Of a stretch of 64,000 nt of DNA, positions 40,624 to 53,914 are shown piece by piece. The DNA is from Opitutales bacterium (lineage in GTDB: Bacteria; Verrucomicrobiota; Verrucomicrobiia; Opitutales; UBA2987). Made by a program: the position numbers and the translations under genes. The notes under the pieces are model-generated. The model did no database searches, was not told the origin of the DNA, and was given only the letters and a program-made list of their open reading frames with translations. The DNA is taken from contig CBDDEL010000015.1 in NCBI GenBank assembly GCA_965226885.1, positions 1 to 64,000 of the forward strand, written 5' to 3'. The stretch's first letter is position 1; each line of letters opens with the position of its first letter.

Positions 40624-43164
40624 TCAATCCTCCACCGGCAAAGAATCGAGGTGCCAGACATCCCGCGCATATTCGCGGATGGTGCGATCGGTGGAAAACT
40701 TTCCCATGCGGGCGGTGTTGAGGATGGCCATGCGGGCCCAGCGCTCTTTGTCGCGATAGGCCAGGTCGATTTCCCGTTGCGTGCCAAGGTAAGATTCGAA
40801 ATCGGCCAGCAGGAGGAAGGGATCGCCGCCCTCAAGCAGGTTGCGCCGCAGGGGCGCCAGGGCGTAGGGGTCCTCCGGCGTGAAATGGTTAGACCCCAGC
40901 CAATCGACGGCATGGCGCAATTCGTCATTGGCATAATAATGGTCGAAAGGATTGTAGCCCTGCCTTTGCCGCTCTTCCACTTCTTCCACCGTGTGGCCGA
41001 AGATAAAAATATTTTCCTCGCCCACCTCTTCCTGGATTTCCACGTTGGCCCCGTCCAGGGTTCCGATGGTGACGGCGCCGTTGAGGGCCAGTTTCATGTT
41101 TCCGGTGCCGGAAGCCTCCTTCCCGGCCAAGGATATCTGTTCCGAGATATCGGCCGATGGAATAATGCGCTCGGCCAGGGTAATGCCGTAGTTGGGTAAG
41201 AAAACGACCTTGATTTTGCCCCCGATGCGGGGGTCGCTGTTGATTTTCGACCCCACCGCGTTGATGGCGTGGATGATGGTCTTGGCCAAATCGTAGCCGG
41301 GTGCCGCTTTGGCTGCAAAGACAAAGACCCGCGGGTGCATATCGTAATCGGGATCGTGCAGAATCCGGCGGTAGAGGGTCAGAATATGGAGCAGGTTGAG
41401 GTGCTGCCGCTTGTATTCATGCAATCGCTTGACCTGTACATCGAAAATGGCCTCGGTATCGACTTCCACCTGGCACAATTCGGCAATGATCGTGGCCAGT
41501 TCCTCCTTGTTCCGTTTCTTGGCCTCCATAAACCGCCGCTGGAAATCCTTGTCCTGAGCGAAGGGTTCGAGGTCGTGAAGTTTGTCCAGGTTCAGCGGCC
41601 AATCGCCGCCGATGGTTTCGTCGATCAGTTCGGACAAATGTGGATTGCAGGCCTTGAGCCAACGCCGTGGCGTTATGCCATTGGTTTTGTTGTTGAACTT
41701 ACGCGGATACAATTCGTTGAAAGTGGGGAAGAGGCGGCTTTTGAGCAATTTCGTGTGCAGGGCGGCCACGCCGTTGACCGAGTGGCAGCCCACCACGCTC
41801 AGGTGGGCCATGCGAATTTTCTTGGGACGGCCTTCTTCGACAAGGGAAAGTTCGCTCTTTTTGGCGTTGTCCCCCGGCCATTTCGCCTCCACCTCTTCTT
41901 CCAGGAAACGTCGGTTGATTTCGTAAAGTATTTGCAGATGGCGCGGAAGCACTTTTTCAAACAAGGGTACGCTCCATTTTTCCAGCGCTTCAGGCATCAG
42001 GGTATGGTTGGTGTAAGCAAAAACCTGGCCGCAGATTTGCCAGGCCTGGTCCCATTCCAGATGCTCGACATCGACCAAAAGCCGCATTAATTCGGGAATG
42101 GACACCGAGGGGTGGGTGTCATTGAGATGGAGGGCGATTTTTTCCGGGAAAGCGTCCCACCCGGCATTGAGGTTGCGGTAGCGTCGGATGATATCCTGCA
42201 GGGAACAGGAGACAAAAAAGTATTGCTGCACGAGGCGCAATTCCTTGCCGCTCTCGGTCTTGTCGTTGGGGTAGAGAACCTTGGAAATGGTCTCCCCTTC
42301 GGCCTTCTCGCGCACCGCCTCGACATAACCGCCCTCGAAAAACACGGCCAGGTCGAACTCCTCCGAGGCGCGGGATTCCCACAGGCGAAGAAAATTCACG
42401 GTATTGGCTCCGTAGCCACAGATGGGGAGGTCCCAGGGCACTCCCAAGATGGTTTTGGCGCCCACCCAGGAGGGCGAGCCTTCCCCGAAGTCATCGAAAT
42501 GTTCTTCTACATGCCCGTAAATTTTAACTTCGATGGCATACTCAGGGCGCATGATTTGCCAGGGATTGGGAAATTGCAGCCAGTTGTCCGGGTGCTCGAC
42601 CTGTTTGCCATCGAGGATTTCCTGCCGGAAAAGCCCGAATTCGTAATGGATGCCGTAACCGATGGCAGGCAGTTCCAGGGTGGCCAGGGAATCCAGGAAA
42701 CAGGCCGCCAAACGACCCAGCCCGCCGTTGCCCAGGCCCATCTCCACTTCTTCGTCGCAAAGGCCCTCCAGGCTCAACCCGAGGGAGGCCAAAGCTTTTT
42801 TGGTCGCTTCGAAAAGACCGGCGCTGTGCAAATTATTGGAAAGAAGCCGCCCCATGAGGTATTCGAGCGAAAGATAATAGACCCGGCGGGTGTTCTCAGC
42901 GTTGTGCACATCCATGGTTTTGATGAAACGCTCCATGATGCGGTCGCGCACCGCCATGCTGGTGGAGAGCCACCAATCCCGCCGCGTGGCCGTGTTGGGG
43001 TGGCGGGCCAGGGTGTATTTGAGGTGGTTTAAAATGGAGGTGGCCAGGCTCTCGAAATCGCTGTTGATATTGAACTTGAACCCATTGCTGGGCTTTAATA
43101 TCCGCTCGGCAAGATCGGATTTATGGTTTTTTGCCTTGGGGGGTTTGGCGGGTATGGATTTCAT
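40624..43164 (-). CDS. glgP: Glycogen/alpha-glucan phosphorylase
   Basis: [36 protein letters not shown] (PLP lysine). Confidence 0.97.
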   Translation of the reverse strand: MKSIPAKPPKAKNHKSDLAERILKPSNGFKFNINSDFESLATSILNHLKYTLARHPNTATRRDWWLSTSMAVRDRIMERFIKTMDVHNAENTRRVYYLSLEYLMGRLLSNNLHSAGLFEATKKALASLGLSLEGLCDEEVEMGLGNGGLGRLAACFLDSLATLELPAIGYGIHYEFGLFRQEILDGKQVEHPDNWLQFPNPWQIMRPEYAIEVKIYGHVEEHFDDFGEGSPSWVGAKTILGVPWDLPICGYGANTVNFLRLWESRASEEFDLAVFFEGGYVEAVREKAEGETISKVLYPNDKTESGKELRLVQQYFFVSCSLQDIIRRYRNLNAGWDAFPEKIALHLNDTHPSVSIPELMRLLVDVEHLEWDQAWQICGQVFAYTNHTLMPEALEKWSVPLFEKVLPRHLQILYEINRRFLEEEVEAKWPGDNAKKSELSLVEEGRPKKIRMAHLSVVGCHSVNGVAALHTKLLKSRLFPTFNELYPRKFNNKTNGITPRRWLKACNPHLSELIDETIGGDWPLNLDKLHDLEPFAQDKDFQRRFMEAKKRNKEELATIIAELCQVEVDTEAIFDVQVKRLHEYKRQHLNLLHILTLYRRILHDPDYDMHPRVFVFAAKAAPGYDLAKTIIHAINAVGSKINSDPRIGGKIKVVFLPNYGITLAERIIPSADISEQISLAGKEASGTGNMKLALNGAVTIGTLDGANVEIQEEVGEENIFIFGHTVEEVEERQRQGYNPFDHYYANDELRHAVDWLGSNHFTPEDPYALAPLRRNLLEGGDPFLLLADFESYLGTQREIDLAYRDKERWARMAILNTARMGKFSTDRTIREYARDVWHLDSLPVED

Positions 43165-43259
43165 GAAATATTTAATGAAGGTGGGGAAGAATAGTCGCCG
43201 CAGACGAGGAGTGAAGTCCAAATTTAATTGATTTTAGGACAACAGCGGATCGGGTAGGT

Positions 43260-45023
43260 TCATTTTCCGAATTTTTTTTCCAGATCGCCGCGGGTAATTT
43301 CAAAAAATGTGGGCCTGCCTTTTGGATCGCTCAATGGATTTTGGCAGGACATAAGCCGCTCCGCCAACCGAATCACTTCCTCCCTCCCCGGGGGTTGGCC
43401 GGAACCGGCCATGCGGCTGGAGGCGAGCCGGGCAATTTCCTCCCTAGCCGGCTGCGGACGATCGGGGTTCAAACCGCGTTCCCGGAGCGAGCCGAGCAAA
43501 TCGCGGGCAAAACTCTCTCCCTGCCCAGGATCCAGCCATTCGGGCAAGGCTTCGATGCGATAGTAGTTGCGGCCGAATGGTTCGATGTCGAATCCATTGC
43601 CCCGAAAAAATTCGAGGTTCTCCTGCAGAGCGGCGGAGCCGAGCGCATCGAGTTCAAGCGGGATGGGAAAGAGGAGCTTCTGACGCCCAAGGGTGCGCCC
43701 CTCGGCGACGGCCAGAATTTCCTCGTAAAGAATCCGGCTCCTGGCCCCGCGCCAATTTAGAAGCACAAGACCGGTGTCCGTTTCGAAAGCGACATAAGAA
43801 CCGTGAGCGGTGCCTAAATAGCGCCAGTTCAAACGGCCCTCCGCGGCGGGCGCAGGACTTTGACTTTTTTTCGATTCTGTCTCAATGGACGGAGCGGCGG
43901 CGGTAGAGCCGTCATTTTCCCGTTGAACCGGCGCTTTCCCCGTCATCGGTCTGAGAATGGAACCGGCTGGACGATAGGTTCTTACGGGTTCAATCTCTGG
44001 CCGGATCTGGGCTGGTTCCGTATTCGGTGTTGCGGAAACCTCCTGCAGGCGCTCGAGAATTGCCCGAATAAAAAAATACCGCAGCTTTCCCTCTTCCCGG
44101 AAACGCACCTCGCGCTTGGCCGGATGCACGTTGATATCGACCAGGCCGGGTTCCACCTCGAGAAAGATGAAGGCCAGTGGATAACGGCCTTTAGGTATAT
44201 AGGTGTGGTACGCTTCGATGAGGCTGAATTTGAGGGTTCGGCTGTCCACAGGCCGCCGGTTTACATAAGTGACCAACTCGTGGCGGGTGGCACGCCCCAC
44301 TCCCGGTTTACCGATCAATCCCGTCAGTTTGAAATTTTCATCCTCCGCTTCGATTTCAATGAGCTGGCCGGCAATCTGTCGGCCAAATATTTCCCCCACC
44401 CGTTCGCGCAGGTTTTGGCAAACCGGCGAGCGAAAAAGGGTGCGGCCATTTTCCAAAAGTGAAAAAGAGGCGTTCGGGTTGGCCACCGCGAACAACCTCG
44501 ATAGGTGCACGATGTGGGCCGCCTCGGTATTGTCGGTTTTGAGGAATTTGCGGCGGGCCGGCACGGAGTGGAAAAGATGGGCCACCTCGATTTGGGAGCC
44601 CACCGGCATCCCGCATTCCTTGGTGTGGATGAACTTGCCGCCGTTGACAAATATTTCGGTTCCGTGGGGTTGGCCTTGGGCACGGGTGCGCAAGGTGAAA
44701 CGCGAGACACTGGCAATGGAGGGTAGCGCCTCGCCGCGAAACCCGTAGCTGCTGATTTTGAGGAGGTCGGCCGCTTCCCGAATTTTGCTGGTGCCATGCC
44801 GTTCGAGCGAGAGCAAAGCATCGTCTGGGCTCATGCCGTGCCCATTATCCTCCACCCGGATAAGGCTTTTCCCTCCCTTGCTGAATTCGATTTCGATCCG
44901 CCCGGCGCCAGCGTCGAGGCTGTTCTCTATAAGTTCTTTAACCACCGCCGCAGGCCGCTCAATGACCTCGCCGGCAGCGATTTGATTGGCTACGATATCG
45001 GGCAATATGCGAATGGAGGGCAT
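43260..45023 (-). CDS. mutL: DNA mismatch repair protein MutL
   Basis: [38 protein letters not shown]. Confidence 0.96.
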   Translation of the reverse strand: MPSIRILPDIVANQIAAGEVIERPAAVVKELIENSLDAGAGRIEIEFSKGGKSLIRVEDNGHGMSPDDALLSLERHGTSKIREAADLLKISSYGFRGEALPSIASVSRFTLRTRAQGQPHGTEIFVNGGKFIHTKECGMPVGSQIEVAHLFHSVPARRKFLKTDNTEAAHIVHLSRLFAVANPNASFSLLENGRTLFRSPVCQNLRERVGEIFGRQIAGQLIEIEAEDENFKLTGLIGKPGVGRATRHELVTYVNRRPVDSRTLKFSLIEAYHTYIPKGRYPLAFIFLEVEPGLVDINVHPAKREVRFREEGKLRYFFIRAILERLQEVSATPNTEPAQIRPEIEPVRTYRPAGSILRPMTGKAPVQRENDGSTAAAPSIETESKKSQSPAPAAEGRLNWRYLGTAHGSYVAFETDTGLVLLNWRGARSRILYEEILAVAEGRTLGRQKLLFPIPLELDALGSAALQENLEFFRGNGFDIEPFGRNYYRIEALPEWLDPGQGESFARDLLGSLRERGLNPDRPQPAREEIARLASSRMAGSGQPPGREEVIRLAERLMSCQNPLSDPKGRPTFFEITRGDLEKKFGK

Positions 45024-45137
45024 CTTCCTGAAAAAGGCTACACTGGCCCAAACAATTCATTGTTGAAAGAGAAAAGCCGGGAATTATTTGCATTTTTCAA
45101 TCCCTTGAGAAAAACTGTTTTCTTCCTTCCAAGCATT

Positions 45138-47150
45138 ATGCCCAACCTTCTCGCCAAGGAAAAAAGTCTTTATTTGCGCCAACATGGCGACAATCCAGTG
45201 GATTGGCGGCCCTGGGGCCCGGATGCCCTGGCCGAAGCCAAAGAGACGAACAAGCCGCTCCTCCTTTCCATCGGTTACAGTTCCTGCCACTGGTGCCATG
45301 TGATGGCCCACGAGTCCTTTGAGGATGAATACATTGCGGGGATCATGAACGAGCATTTCGTCTGCGTGAAAATCGACCGCGAAGAACGGCCCGACCTCGA
45401 CAAAATTTACATGGAGGCGGTGCAGATGCTCAACGGCCAGGGCGGCTGGCCCTTGAACGTTTTCTGCCTCCCGGATGGCCGGCCCTTCGCCGGAGGCACT
45501 TATTTCCCACCCACAGACCGTGGGCAGGGCCTCATCCCCTGGCCCCAGCTATTGGCCAGGATTTCGGATTTTTACCATCGGGAGAGGGAAAAGCTGGAGG
45601 AAAACGCTCAATCAATCCTGCAAAACATGGAAACCGCCGGGAAGGCCCTGGTCGACGACGAAGCAGAAGGCAGCCTGGGCCAACCGCAGCTCCTCGCCAC
45701 CAGCCATGCTATTTGCAGCACCCATGACGACGAGTGGGGCGGTTTCGGAGGGGCGCCCAAGTTTCCACCTTCAATGACCCTCAATTACCTGCTGGAAATG
45801 CGCAATACCGCTTCCATTGATGAGCGCAACCCCTCATTTGCCCGAAGAATCGACGAGGTGGCTCAAAAGACCCTCGACGGCATGGCCCTGGGGGGTATTT
45901 ACGACCAAATAGGGGGCGGTTTTGCCCGCTACAGCGTAGATCGTTATTGGCGCATACCACATTTCGAGAAAATGCTCTACGACAACGCCCTCTTGCTGGA
46001 TATTTTCACTAAAGGCTGGCTGCGCTTCCGAAATCCGCTCTACCGGGCAGTGGTGGAGGAAACGATTGGCTGGCTGAAGCGGGAAATGCGTTCTCCCGGC
46101 GGCGGCTATTATTCCTCTCTGGATGCCGACAGCGAAGGGGTGGAGGGAAAGTTTCAGGTTTGGAACCCAGTTCAGGTAAAGGAAATTCTGGGCCAGCGCG
46201 ATGGCGACGAGTTTTGCCAGGTTTACGGCATCACCGAGGAAGGGAATTTTGAAAACGGATTTTCCAACCCGGTTCTGGCCGACGACGATTTTGAAAAACG
46301 CCAGGCCATGACCCCGCTGAGGGAAAAAATGCTCCGCGTCCGCCAACAAAGAGTGGGACCGGGAAAAGACCTCAAGCAATTGACGAGCTGGAATAGCCTG
46401 CTCATACGAGGGTTGGCCGAAGCCGGTTTCTATATGGGACAAAGGGATTGGCTGCGCGCCGCCCGCCATGCGGCCGACTGGATTTGGGATAATCTGCGGT
46501 TCGGCGAGGACCGCCTCCATGCCGCCTACTACGAGGGCGAGGCCCATTTGAACGGCTACCTTGACGATTATGCATTTTATGCCGAGGCGCTGCTCTCCCT
46601 GGCCGCCAAAATCGATTGGATGGAAGAAGGGACAGGCCAAACTTATATCGACAGGGCGCGAATATTGGTGGACTCAATTTTACGAAACTTTGCCGACCCC
46701 GGCGGCCAACCCGGGTTCTATTTCACCAGTGATGATCATGAGCGGCTCGTCCATCGTCAAAAGGAATGGTGGGACAACCCGATTCCTTGCGGAAACTCCA
46801 GTCTTATCCACTGTTTTTCATGCCTCTATGCTTTGACTGGAAAGGATCGCTACCGGGAAGAAATGGAAAACCTTCGCGCCGCCTATCCGGTTTTAGCCCA
46901 AAGATACCCCAGCGGAATCGCCCACGCCTTGGCTGGCTATACCGCAGATGCCATCGGAATCGTGGTCATCAAGAAGAAAGGGCCGGGTTCTCTTGATGTT
47001 CTACAGCAATCCCTGGCCGGCAAACCCTGGCGCCGGGTATTTCTTATGGCCACGCAAGACGAAGCTCAACCGGAGGGCTTCCAGATGTGTGTGGGAACCC
47101 GCTGCCTGGCACCCACCGCGAAACCGGAAACGCTCCTGCAATATATCTGA
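45138..47150 (+). CDS. YyaL/SSP411-like (DUF255) thioredoxin-domain protein
   Basis: [41 protein letters not shown]. Confidence 0.92.
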   Translation: MPNLLAKEKSLYLRQHGDNPVDWRPWGPDALAEAKETNKPLLLSIGYSSCHWCHVMAHESFEDEYIAGIMNEHFVCVKIDREERPDLDKIYMEAVQMLNGQGGWPLNVFCLPDGRPFAGGTYFPPTDRGQGLIPWPQLLARISDFYHREREKLEENAQSILQNMETAGKALVDDEAEGSLGQPQLLATSHAICSTHDDEWGGFGGAPKFPPSMTLNYLLEMRNTASIDERNPSFARRIDEVAQKTLDGMALGGIYDQIGGGFARYSVDRYWRIPHFEKMLYDNALLLDIFTKGWLRFRNPLYRAVVEETIGWLKREMRSPGGGYYSSLDADSEGVEGKFQVWNPVQVKEILGQRDGDEFCQVYGITEEGNFENGFSNPVLADDDFEKRQAMTPLREKMLRVRQQRVGPGKDLKQLTSWNSLLIRGLAEAGFYMGQRDWLRAARHAADWIWDNLRFGEDRLHAAYYEGEAHLNGYLDDYAFYAEALLSLAAKIDWMEEGTGQTYIDRARILVDSILRNFADPGGQPGFYFTSDDHERLVHRQKEWWDNPIPCGNSSLIHCFSCLYALTGKDRYREEMENLRAAYPVLAQRYPSGIAHALAGYTADAIGIVVIKKKGPGSLDVLQQSLAGKPWRRVFLMATQDEAQPEGFQMCVGTRCLAPTAKPETLLQYI

Positions 47151-47268
47151 CTTGGCGCTTGAAACGCGTTAACGCATTTCTTTTTATTAAGTTTGAATGG
47201 AGCGGTTGGTTTATAGTCCGGCCGTTCCCATAAATCTTCTAATCATAAATTAAATCAGGAAAATCATT

Positions 47269-47709
47269 ATGTCAAAAATCGTACCCCTCCTCAGTTCGGG
47301 CTCCTCCGGGCCTCTCGGCGTCCTTCATCTTCCACGCCTCTGGCTGAAATCTTCACTCGGAGCCACCGGTCAGCTTCACGACGATTACCCCGCTTGCGGC
47401 GAGGGCTATGATGCCATGGTGCTCAACGGCCTCGGTCTGGACCGGGAGGCGTTTTTGAATTTCATCAAGGAAAAAAAGCCCACCTACTGCGAAACCGAGG
47501 CCTGGATACTCGAGCAGAAAGGCGGTTCGCTTGATCAGGCAGCGGTCAAGGAATTGAACGATGCCATTACCGGCTACATTCACGCGGAGGACACCCGCAC
47601 GGAAATTCTCGATTCTTGCGACCTCAGCCACGAAGGCGCCTGCCGGGATGCCGTCAACCTGAACAACCTGGACGATTGGAAAATTTTCCACGATACCACT
47701 CTAGCCTGA
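47269..47709 (+). CDS. DUF5069-like protein
   Basis: GVLHLPRLWLK...YDAMVLNGLGLD pattern. Confidence 0.7.
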   Translation: MSKIVPLLSSGSSGPLGVLHLPRLWLKSSLGATGQLHDDYPACGEGYDAMVLNGLGLDREAFLNFIKEKKPTYCETEAWILEQKGGSLDQAAVKELNDAITGYIHAEDTRTEILDSCDLSHEGACRDAVNLNNLDDWKIFHDTTLA

Positions 47710-47916
47710 GCGTTTCGGTAACATTTCTGAAAAGAGGCTCCCGGCCATAGTTTCCTTGTCCAATTCCTTTCCTCATCCGTTAGCGGTAGGAAGAGGCTTT
47801 TGATTTCCTGTTTTTAATCTGAATATTGATGGAAACCGTCCTCACTCCATCCGAGGCCCGTGTGCTCGGTTGTTTGCTGGAAAAGGAGATGACCACGCCC
47901 GAATACTATCCGCTAA

Positions 47917-49483
47917 CCCGGAAATTTCATAAAAAAAGTATCGCTGATATGCTTATCTGCTGATATACAGCAGGATAGATTAAACATTAAAGCAATATCA
48001 GCGATGACAAAAAGTAAACAATTAGAACTACAGTTGACAAGGGTAAAAGGCCGCCGTGTGCGGGTTGATTTTAAGGGCGGTGAGGTTACTTCGGATGCCG
48101 GGCTGCTTTTGATCCGGGAAGTGGATCGGCGGTTGGGCTTGACCGAGCAAGCGGCCCGGCAATTAGTAGACAAACGGCAGAAGGGCAAAGTGCGCCATGA
48201 GATGCTGGCCATGATCCGGCAGCGCGTTTACGGGCTGGTGGCGGGCTATGAGGATTTGAACGACTTTGACACCCTGCGCCGCGATCCTTTGTTGCAAACG
48301 GTAACGGGGCGCACTGAAGCGTTGGCCAGCGCGCCGACTTTGTGTCGTTTTGAAAACGGGCAGGATCGGCGGGCAGCCTTTGCCCTGAACGAGTTGCTGG
48401 TCGAACAGTTCATCGGATCCTTTGCCGAGGAACCCGAAGAGATCATCCTGGACTTTGACGCCACCGACAATCCGGTGTACGGGCTCCAGGAGGGACGTTT
48501 TTTCCACGGTTATTATGATCATTACTGTTTTTTGCCGCTGTATGTTTTTTGCGGCGATCAGCTTCTGGTGGCCTACCTGCGGCCCAGCAAGATCGATGCG
48601 AGCAAGCATGCCGGGGCCATCCTCAAATTGCTGGTTAAACGGATTCGCCAAAGCTGGCCCCATACGCGGATTATTTGGCGTGCCGACAGCGGATTCTGCC
48701 GGGATCGGATTCTCTCGTGGTGCGAGCGCAACGAGGTTTATTTTATAGTGGGAACGGCCCGCCATGCACGCTTGCAGCAAGCGGCCCGGCAGTTGCAGGA
48801 GCAAGCCAAACAATGGTTCGAGGGTAGCGGCAAAAAGCAACGGCTGTTTCAGCACTTCGAGTATGGGGCAAAATCGTGGCGGCGCCAACGCCTTATCATC
48901 CACAAAGCCGAACACACCGCACAGGGGTCCAACCCGCGCTTCGTGGTGACGAACCTGCCGGGCGATCCCCAAGAGCTTTACGACAAAGTATACTGTGGCC
49001 GCGGTGAGATGGAGAACCGGATCAAGGAACAGATGCAATTGTTCAGCGAACGCACCAGCGCGCATAAATGGTGGGCCAACCAGTGGCGATTGCTCTTGTC
49101 GGGGCTGGCCTACACCTTGATGGAAGCCTTGCGCCGGTTCGCATTAAAAGGGACGAAGTGGGCGCGGCTCCAATGCCACAGTCTACGGCTAAAATTAATC
49201 AAGATCGGAGCGGTCATCGTGCGCAACACCCGAACGATTCACTTTCATCTAAGTGAAAGTTATCCATGGGCCAGTCTTTTCAACCATGCGGCCCGCCGGT
49301 TGGTGCCAACCTAAAGGGCGCATTGGCGCTGCCCCCGGCGCTACCGAACCAATGGGGGAAAGGGGGAAGTGTCTCTACACCCTGAAAAACACCTCAAAAT
49401 CAAGACGATCCGCCCAAAATACAAAGAAATCCATCTCCAATAGCAATAACGAGCCAAACTTTACCCTTCATGAAATATCCGGG
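47917..49483 (+). mobile_element. IS1380-family element, copy 4 (divergent isoform; intact transposase 48004..49314)
   Basis: IRs CCCGGAAATTTCAT/ATGAAATATCCGGG; target duplication CTAA. Confidence 0.95.
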
Positions 49484-49593
49484 CTAACCCTCAACAGCCT
49501 CATCGCCGCCTGCAACCAGAAATCCAACCGCGACCCGGTGGTCGATTTCAGCGAAACGACGGTAAATGAAGCGGTCAAAGGTTTGAGGCAAAA

Positions 49594-49615
49594 ACGGCTC
49601 GCATACGGCTCGCAT
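49594..49615 (+). repeat. 11-bp perfect tandem duplication (ACGGCTCGCAT x2)
   Basis: Read directly; frameshifts the yceH remnant. Confidence 0.9.
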
Positions 49616-50222
49616 TTCGCCTCGACATGGCTGGCTCGCGGGTTCCCAAATACCGCCATAGCCTGCCAACGATCCTCAAGTTGCCGGAAAAGGGAGCGGC
49701 CCTCCTCTGCCTTATGTTATTAAGAGGATTTCAAACGATTGGAGAATTGCGCCAACGAACCAGCCGCATGGCCGAGTTCGAGGATTTGAAGGAAGTAGAG
49801 GCCACCCTGGCCGAAATGGAAAACCTCTATCCCGAACCGGTGGTTAAAGTCCTGCCTCTGCAACCGGGCAAAAAAGAGCGCCGTTACACCCAACTCCTCT
49901 GCGGAGAGCCCGAGATTGTCGAAACGCTCTTCGAGACCATCGTCCACCCCGCCGCCGCAATTCGACTTCCAGGAAATGGAGAAATTGAAAAACCAGGTGC
50001 AAACCCTGCAAAACGAAATCGCCGCCCTACGAACCAAATTCGAGTCCTTCAAAAAGCAATTCGAGTGATTGTTTAGCTCATCCAGCTAATCAGAACCTTT
50101 TATTTACGATAGCACTCCTTAAGTTCGCGCCATACCAGTCAAGTACCCTTGGGAATTCGCTTCGCTATTGAATCGATTACTCTAAAACAATTACTTTAAA
50201 ATTCTTTTCCGCACCGGGCTAA

Positions 50223-53125
50223 CCCGGATATTTCATGAAGGGTAAAGTTTGGCTCGTTATTGCTATTGCTATTGGAGATGGATTTCTTTGTATTTTGAGC
50301 AGATCGTCTTGATTTTTAGGTGTTTTTCAGGGTGTAGAGACACTGCCCCCTTTCCCCCATTGGTTCGGTAGTGCCGGGGGCAGCACCAATGCACCCTTTA
50401 GGTTGGCACCAATCGGCGGGCCGCATGGTTGAAAAGACTGGCCCAAGGATAACTCTCACTTAGGTGAAAGTGAATCGTTCGGGTGTTGCGCACGATGACC
50501 GCTCCGATCTTGATTAATTTGAGCCGCAGGGTGTGGCATTGGGCCCGCGCCCACTTCGTCCCTTTTAAGGCTAACCGGCGCATGGCTTCCATCAAGGTGT
50601 AGGCCAGCGCCGACAAGAGCAATCGCCACTGATTGGCCCACCATTGATGGGCGCTGGTGCGCTCGCTGAACAATTGCATCTGTTCCTTGATTCGGTTCTC
50701 CATTTCACCGCGGCCACAGTATACCTTGTCGTAAAGCTCCTGGGGATCGCCCGGCAGGTTCGTCACCACGAAGCGCGGGTTGGACCCCTGTGCGGTGTGT
50801 TCGGCTTTATGGATGACCAACCGCAGCCATCGCCACGAATCGGCAGCATAGACGAAGTCCTGGAATAACCGTTGTTTTTTACCCCTTAGTTCGAACCATT
50901 CTTTGGCCTGCTTTTGCAACTGCTGGGCGTCTTGCTGCAAGCGTGCATTGCGAGCCATCCCCACGATGTGATGTGCACTGGAAAAGTGGACACGAGATTC
51001 TCCTAAATGGAGAATCGAAGCATGGGAAGAAGACGCTTTAGTATAGAGTTCAAAAATGAGGCAGTTCAACTGATGATACTCGATGGTCTGAGCGCCACCG
51101 AGGTATCGACCAAACTTGGGGTCAACACCAACCAATTGTATAGGTGGAAGAGGCTCTATCTGGACGATCAGCAGGGCGAAGCCACCTCAAAGCGACAGAG
51201 CAGTCCGAAGGAGATGGCGGCCGAGATAGATCGTCTTCGCAAAGAGCTGCGCCGCTCGGAGCGGATCAACCAGATACTAAAAAAAACGGTGGGCTACTTT
51301 GCCAAGGACGAACAATGAAGTACCAGTTTGTCAAAGACAACGAGGGGCGCTTCAAGATCGAGGAAATATGCTCGGCGATGGGGATTTGTCGCAGTGGCTA
51401 TTACTGCTGGAGGCACCGAGCGCCCTCGGCCCGGCGGATCGAGGACGAGGGAATCAAGGGGGCGATCCTGAAGGTACACAAAGAGGCCAAGGGCCGCTAT
51501 GGGCATCGGCCAATGCACCGCCATCTGAAGGATGATGAGGGCATCGATTGCGGCCGTGACCGGGCTCTGCGTCTGATGCGTGAAATGGGAATCAAAAGCA
51601 CCCAGAGTAAACGCTTTAAGCCATTAAAAACCAACAGTAACCATCCCTATGGTTACAGCCCCAATGTGCTTAAAAAGCATGGCCAGCCGACCCATATCGA
51701 CGAGGTCTGGGTGGCGGACACGACCTACCTACGGACCCTGGCCGGTTGGATGTACTTGGCCACGGTGATGGACCTGTTCAGCCGACGCCTGCTGGGCTGG
51801 AGCGTTTCCAACCACAACGACGCGAAGCTGGTTGGCAAGGCCCTCAAAGCCGCGGCCATGACCCGCGGCACACTGCGCACCGGGATTATTCATCACAGCG
51901 ATCGGGGCAGCCCCTACGCCAGCGACGACTATCAGAGGCTGGTCTCTGAACTAGGCATGAAGCCGAGCATGAGCGCCCAAGGCAACTGCTACGACAACGC
52001 GGCCATGGAATCGTTCTACGGCCGCTTCAAGACCAGCACGATTCGAGGCCGCCACTTTGCCGACGAGCGCGAACTGCGATCAACTGTCTTCGAATACGTG
52101 GAAATCTTCTACAACCGATATCGCAAACATTCCTCTCTGAGTTACCAAAGCCCAGTCCAATTCGAGGAAAATATTTGCCCCCCATGGGGGGCAACGAGAA
52201 AACAAAACCCTTTACCAAAACAAGCCGCCTGACACACTAATCAATAAACAATGAATATAAGAGAATCCCGTGTCCAACAAATCCAGTACACGTCAATGTA
52301 ACTAACTTCGTTGCGGTCGCACCAAGAGAGTATCCGGTCTCGACAAAATCCACTGTCGGCGCGCCAAATAATCCGCGTACGGGGCCAGCTTTGGCGAATC
52401 CGTTTAACCAGCAATTTGAGGATGGCCCCGGCATGCTTGCTGGCATCGATCTTGCTCGGCCGCAGGTAGGCCACCAGCAGCTGATCACCGCAAAAAACAT
52501 ATAGCGGCAGAAAACAGTAATGATCATAATAACCGTGGAAAAACCGTCCCTCCTGGAGCCCGTGCACCGGATTGTCGGTGGCGTCAAAGTCCAGAATGAT
52601 CTCTTCGGGTTCCTCGGCAAAGGAGCCCATGAACTGTTCGACCAACAGCTCGTTTACCGCAAAGGCCGCCCGCCGATCCTGCCCGTTTTCAAAACGACAC
52701 AAAGTCGGCGCGCTGGCCAACGTTTCAATGCGCCCCGTTACCGTTTGCAACAATGGATCGTGGCGCAGGGTATCAAAGTCGTTCAAATCCTCATAGCCCG
52801 CCACCAGCCCGTAAACGCGCTGCCGCAGCATCCCCAATACCTCATGGCGTACTTTGCCCTTCTGCCGTTTGTCCACTAACTGTCGGGCCGCTCGTTCGGT
52901 CAAGCCCAACTGCCGATCCACTTCCCGGATCAAAAGCAGTCCGGCATCCGAAGTAACCTCTCCGCCCTTGAAATCAACCCGCACACGGCGGCCTTTTACC
53001 CTTGTCAACTGTAGCTTTAATTGTTTACCTTTTGTCATCGCTGATATTGCTTTAATTATTGATCTATCCTGCTGTATATCAGCAGTTAAGCATATCAACG
53101 ATACTTTTTTTACGAAATATCCGGG
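50223..53125 (-). mobile_element. IS1380-family element, copy 5, interrupted by IS3
   Basis: Same IRs; CTAA on both sides (50219-50222, 53126-53129). Confidence 0.94.
50969..52295 (+). mobile_element. IS3-family element, second copy (orfA 51007..51318, orfB 51315..52232)
   Basis: Near-identical to 658-1985; 3-bp target duplication ATG (50966-50968, 52296-52298). Confidence 0.95.
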
Positions 53126-53152
53126 CTAAGTCGTTGCCGTCTTCAATCCCGT

Positions 53153-53914
53153 TCACTCGAGAGTGCTGGAGCCTACTCCGGGTTTTCCCATTTTGTATTT
53201 TTGGTCGTCTTTTTGCACGATGAGGTTGTCACCTTCGGTGAAGCCGATGCGTACGGGGCCTTTTTTGGTCAGGGTCCGGGTTTCGCCTTTGGCCAGGGTG
53301 CCGGAAAACAGGGGGCTATTGTCGCTCGTTTGGGTGACCGTGACGGTGACGTCGTCCAGAGCGATGAGGATGATCTCTTCCTCCATATAACCGTCCTGGC
53401 TGGTTTCAGTTATGGTCTCGCCTTCCCGTAAATCGGGGTTGATATCGGGCGTGGCGCCGGGGAGGATGAGTTTGACGATCAATACGACGATGGCCACCAC
53501 CAAAATGGCGGCTCCTAAAAAGTAGGCTGCTTTGAGATAAGGCGTCCAATCGACATCCTGGGATTTCGTTTTAGCGTATTTATTTCGGGTAAGATCGGGG
53601 GCGTCGGTCAAGGCTTCTTTTTCCGGCAATTCGATGCGCCCGAGCAGGTCCCGATGCATTTCTCTGCCGCCTTTGCCCTGGCCCATTTGGACGGCATCGT
53701 AATCGGTCAATAATTTCGCCGGGTCCATTTTCAGAAATTTGGCGTAGTTGCTGAGGAAGCCGCGCCGATAGACTTCCTCCAGCGGGATGTCCATGGAATC
53801 GTTTTCCAGGGCAACCAGAAATTCACCGCGTATCTTGGTGGCATCAGCCGCCTCCCGCAGGGATATGCCCTGGCGTTTGCGGGATTCTTCCAATCGCTCT
53901 CCTATGCTCTGCAT
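53153..53914 (-). CDS. RodZ-like protein (HTH, transmembrane segment, DUF4115-like domain)
   Basis: IGERLEESR..QGISL...TKIR...ALEN...RGFLSNYAKFL; one TM segment; downstream of ftsK. Confidence 0.8.
   Translation of the reverse strand: MQSIGERLEESRKRQGISLREAADATKIRGEFLVALENDSMDIPLEEVYRRGFLSNYAKFLKMDPAKLLTDYDAVQMGQGKGGREMHRDLLGRIELPEKEALTDAPDLTRNKYAKTKSQDVDWTPYLKAAYFLGAAILVVAIVVLIVKLILPGATPDINPDLREGETITETSQDGYMEEEIILIALDDVTVTVTQTSDNSPLFSGTLAKGETRTLTKKGPVRIGFTEGDNLIVQKDDQKYKMGKPGVGSSTLE

Larger units (their letters stand above)
47829..50068 (+). pseudogene. yceH: YceH/DUF480-family protein broken by IS1380 copy 4 and two frameshifts
   Basis: Removing the IS joins [29 protein letters not shown] to TLNSLIAACNQKSNRDPV; 11-bp duplication at 49594 and a second shift near 49927. 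Confidence 0.88.

Noticed and set aside
44796..45137. N-terminal extensions of the 784-aa YyaL-like ORF, dnaJ (58954) and the methyltransferase (34279)
   Set aside because: They overlap neighbouring genes; family-typical sequence begins at 45138, 59116 and 34492.
50110..50136. CIRCE element (TAGCACTC)
   Set aside because: Only the left arm is present, with no GAGTGCTAA at 9-nt spacing and no chaperone gene downstream.
50969..50995. One-base difference between the left IRs of the two IS3 copies (A4 vs A5)
   Set aside because: Homopolymer difference that cannot be told apart from sequencing error.
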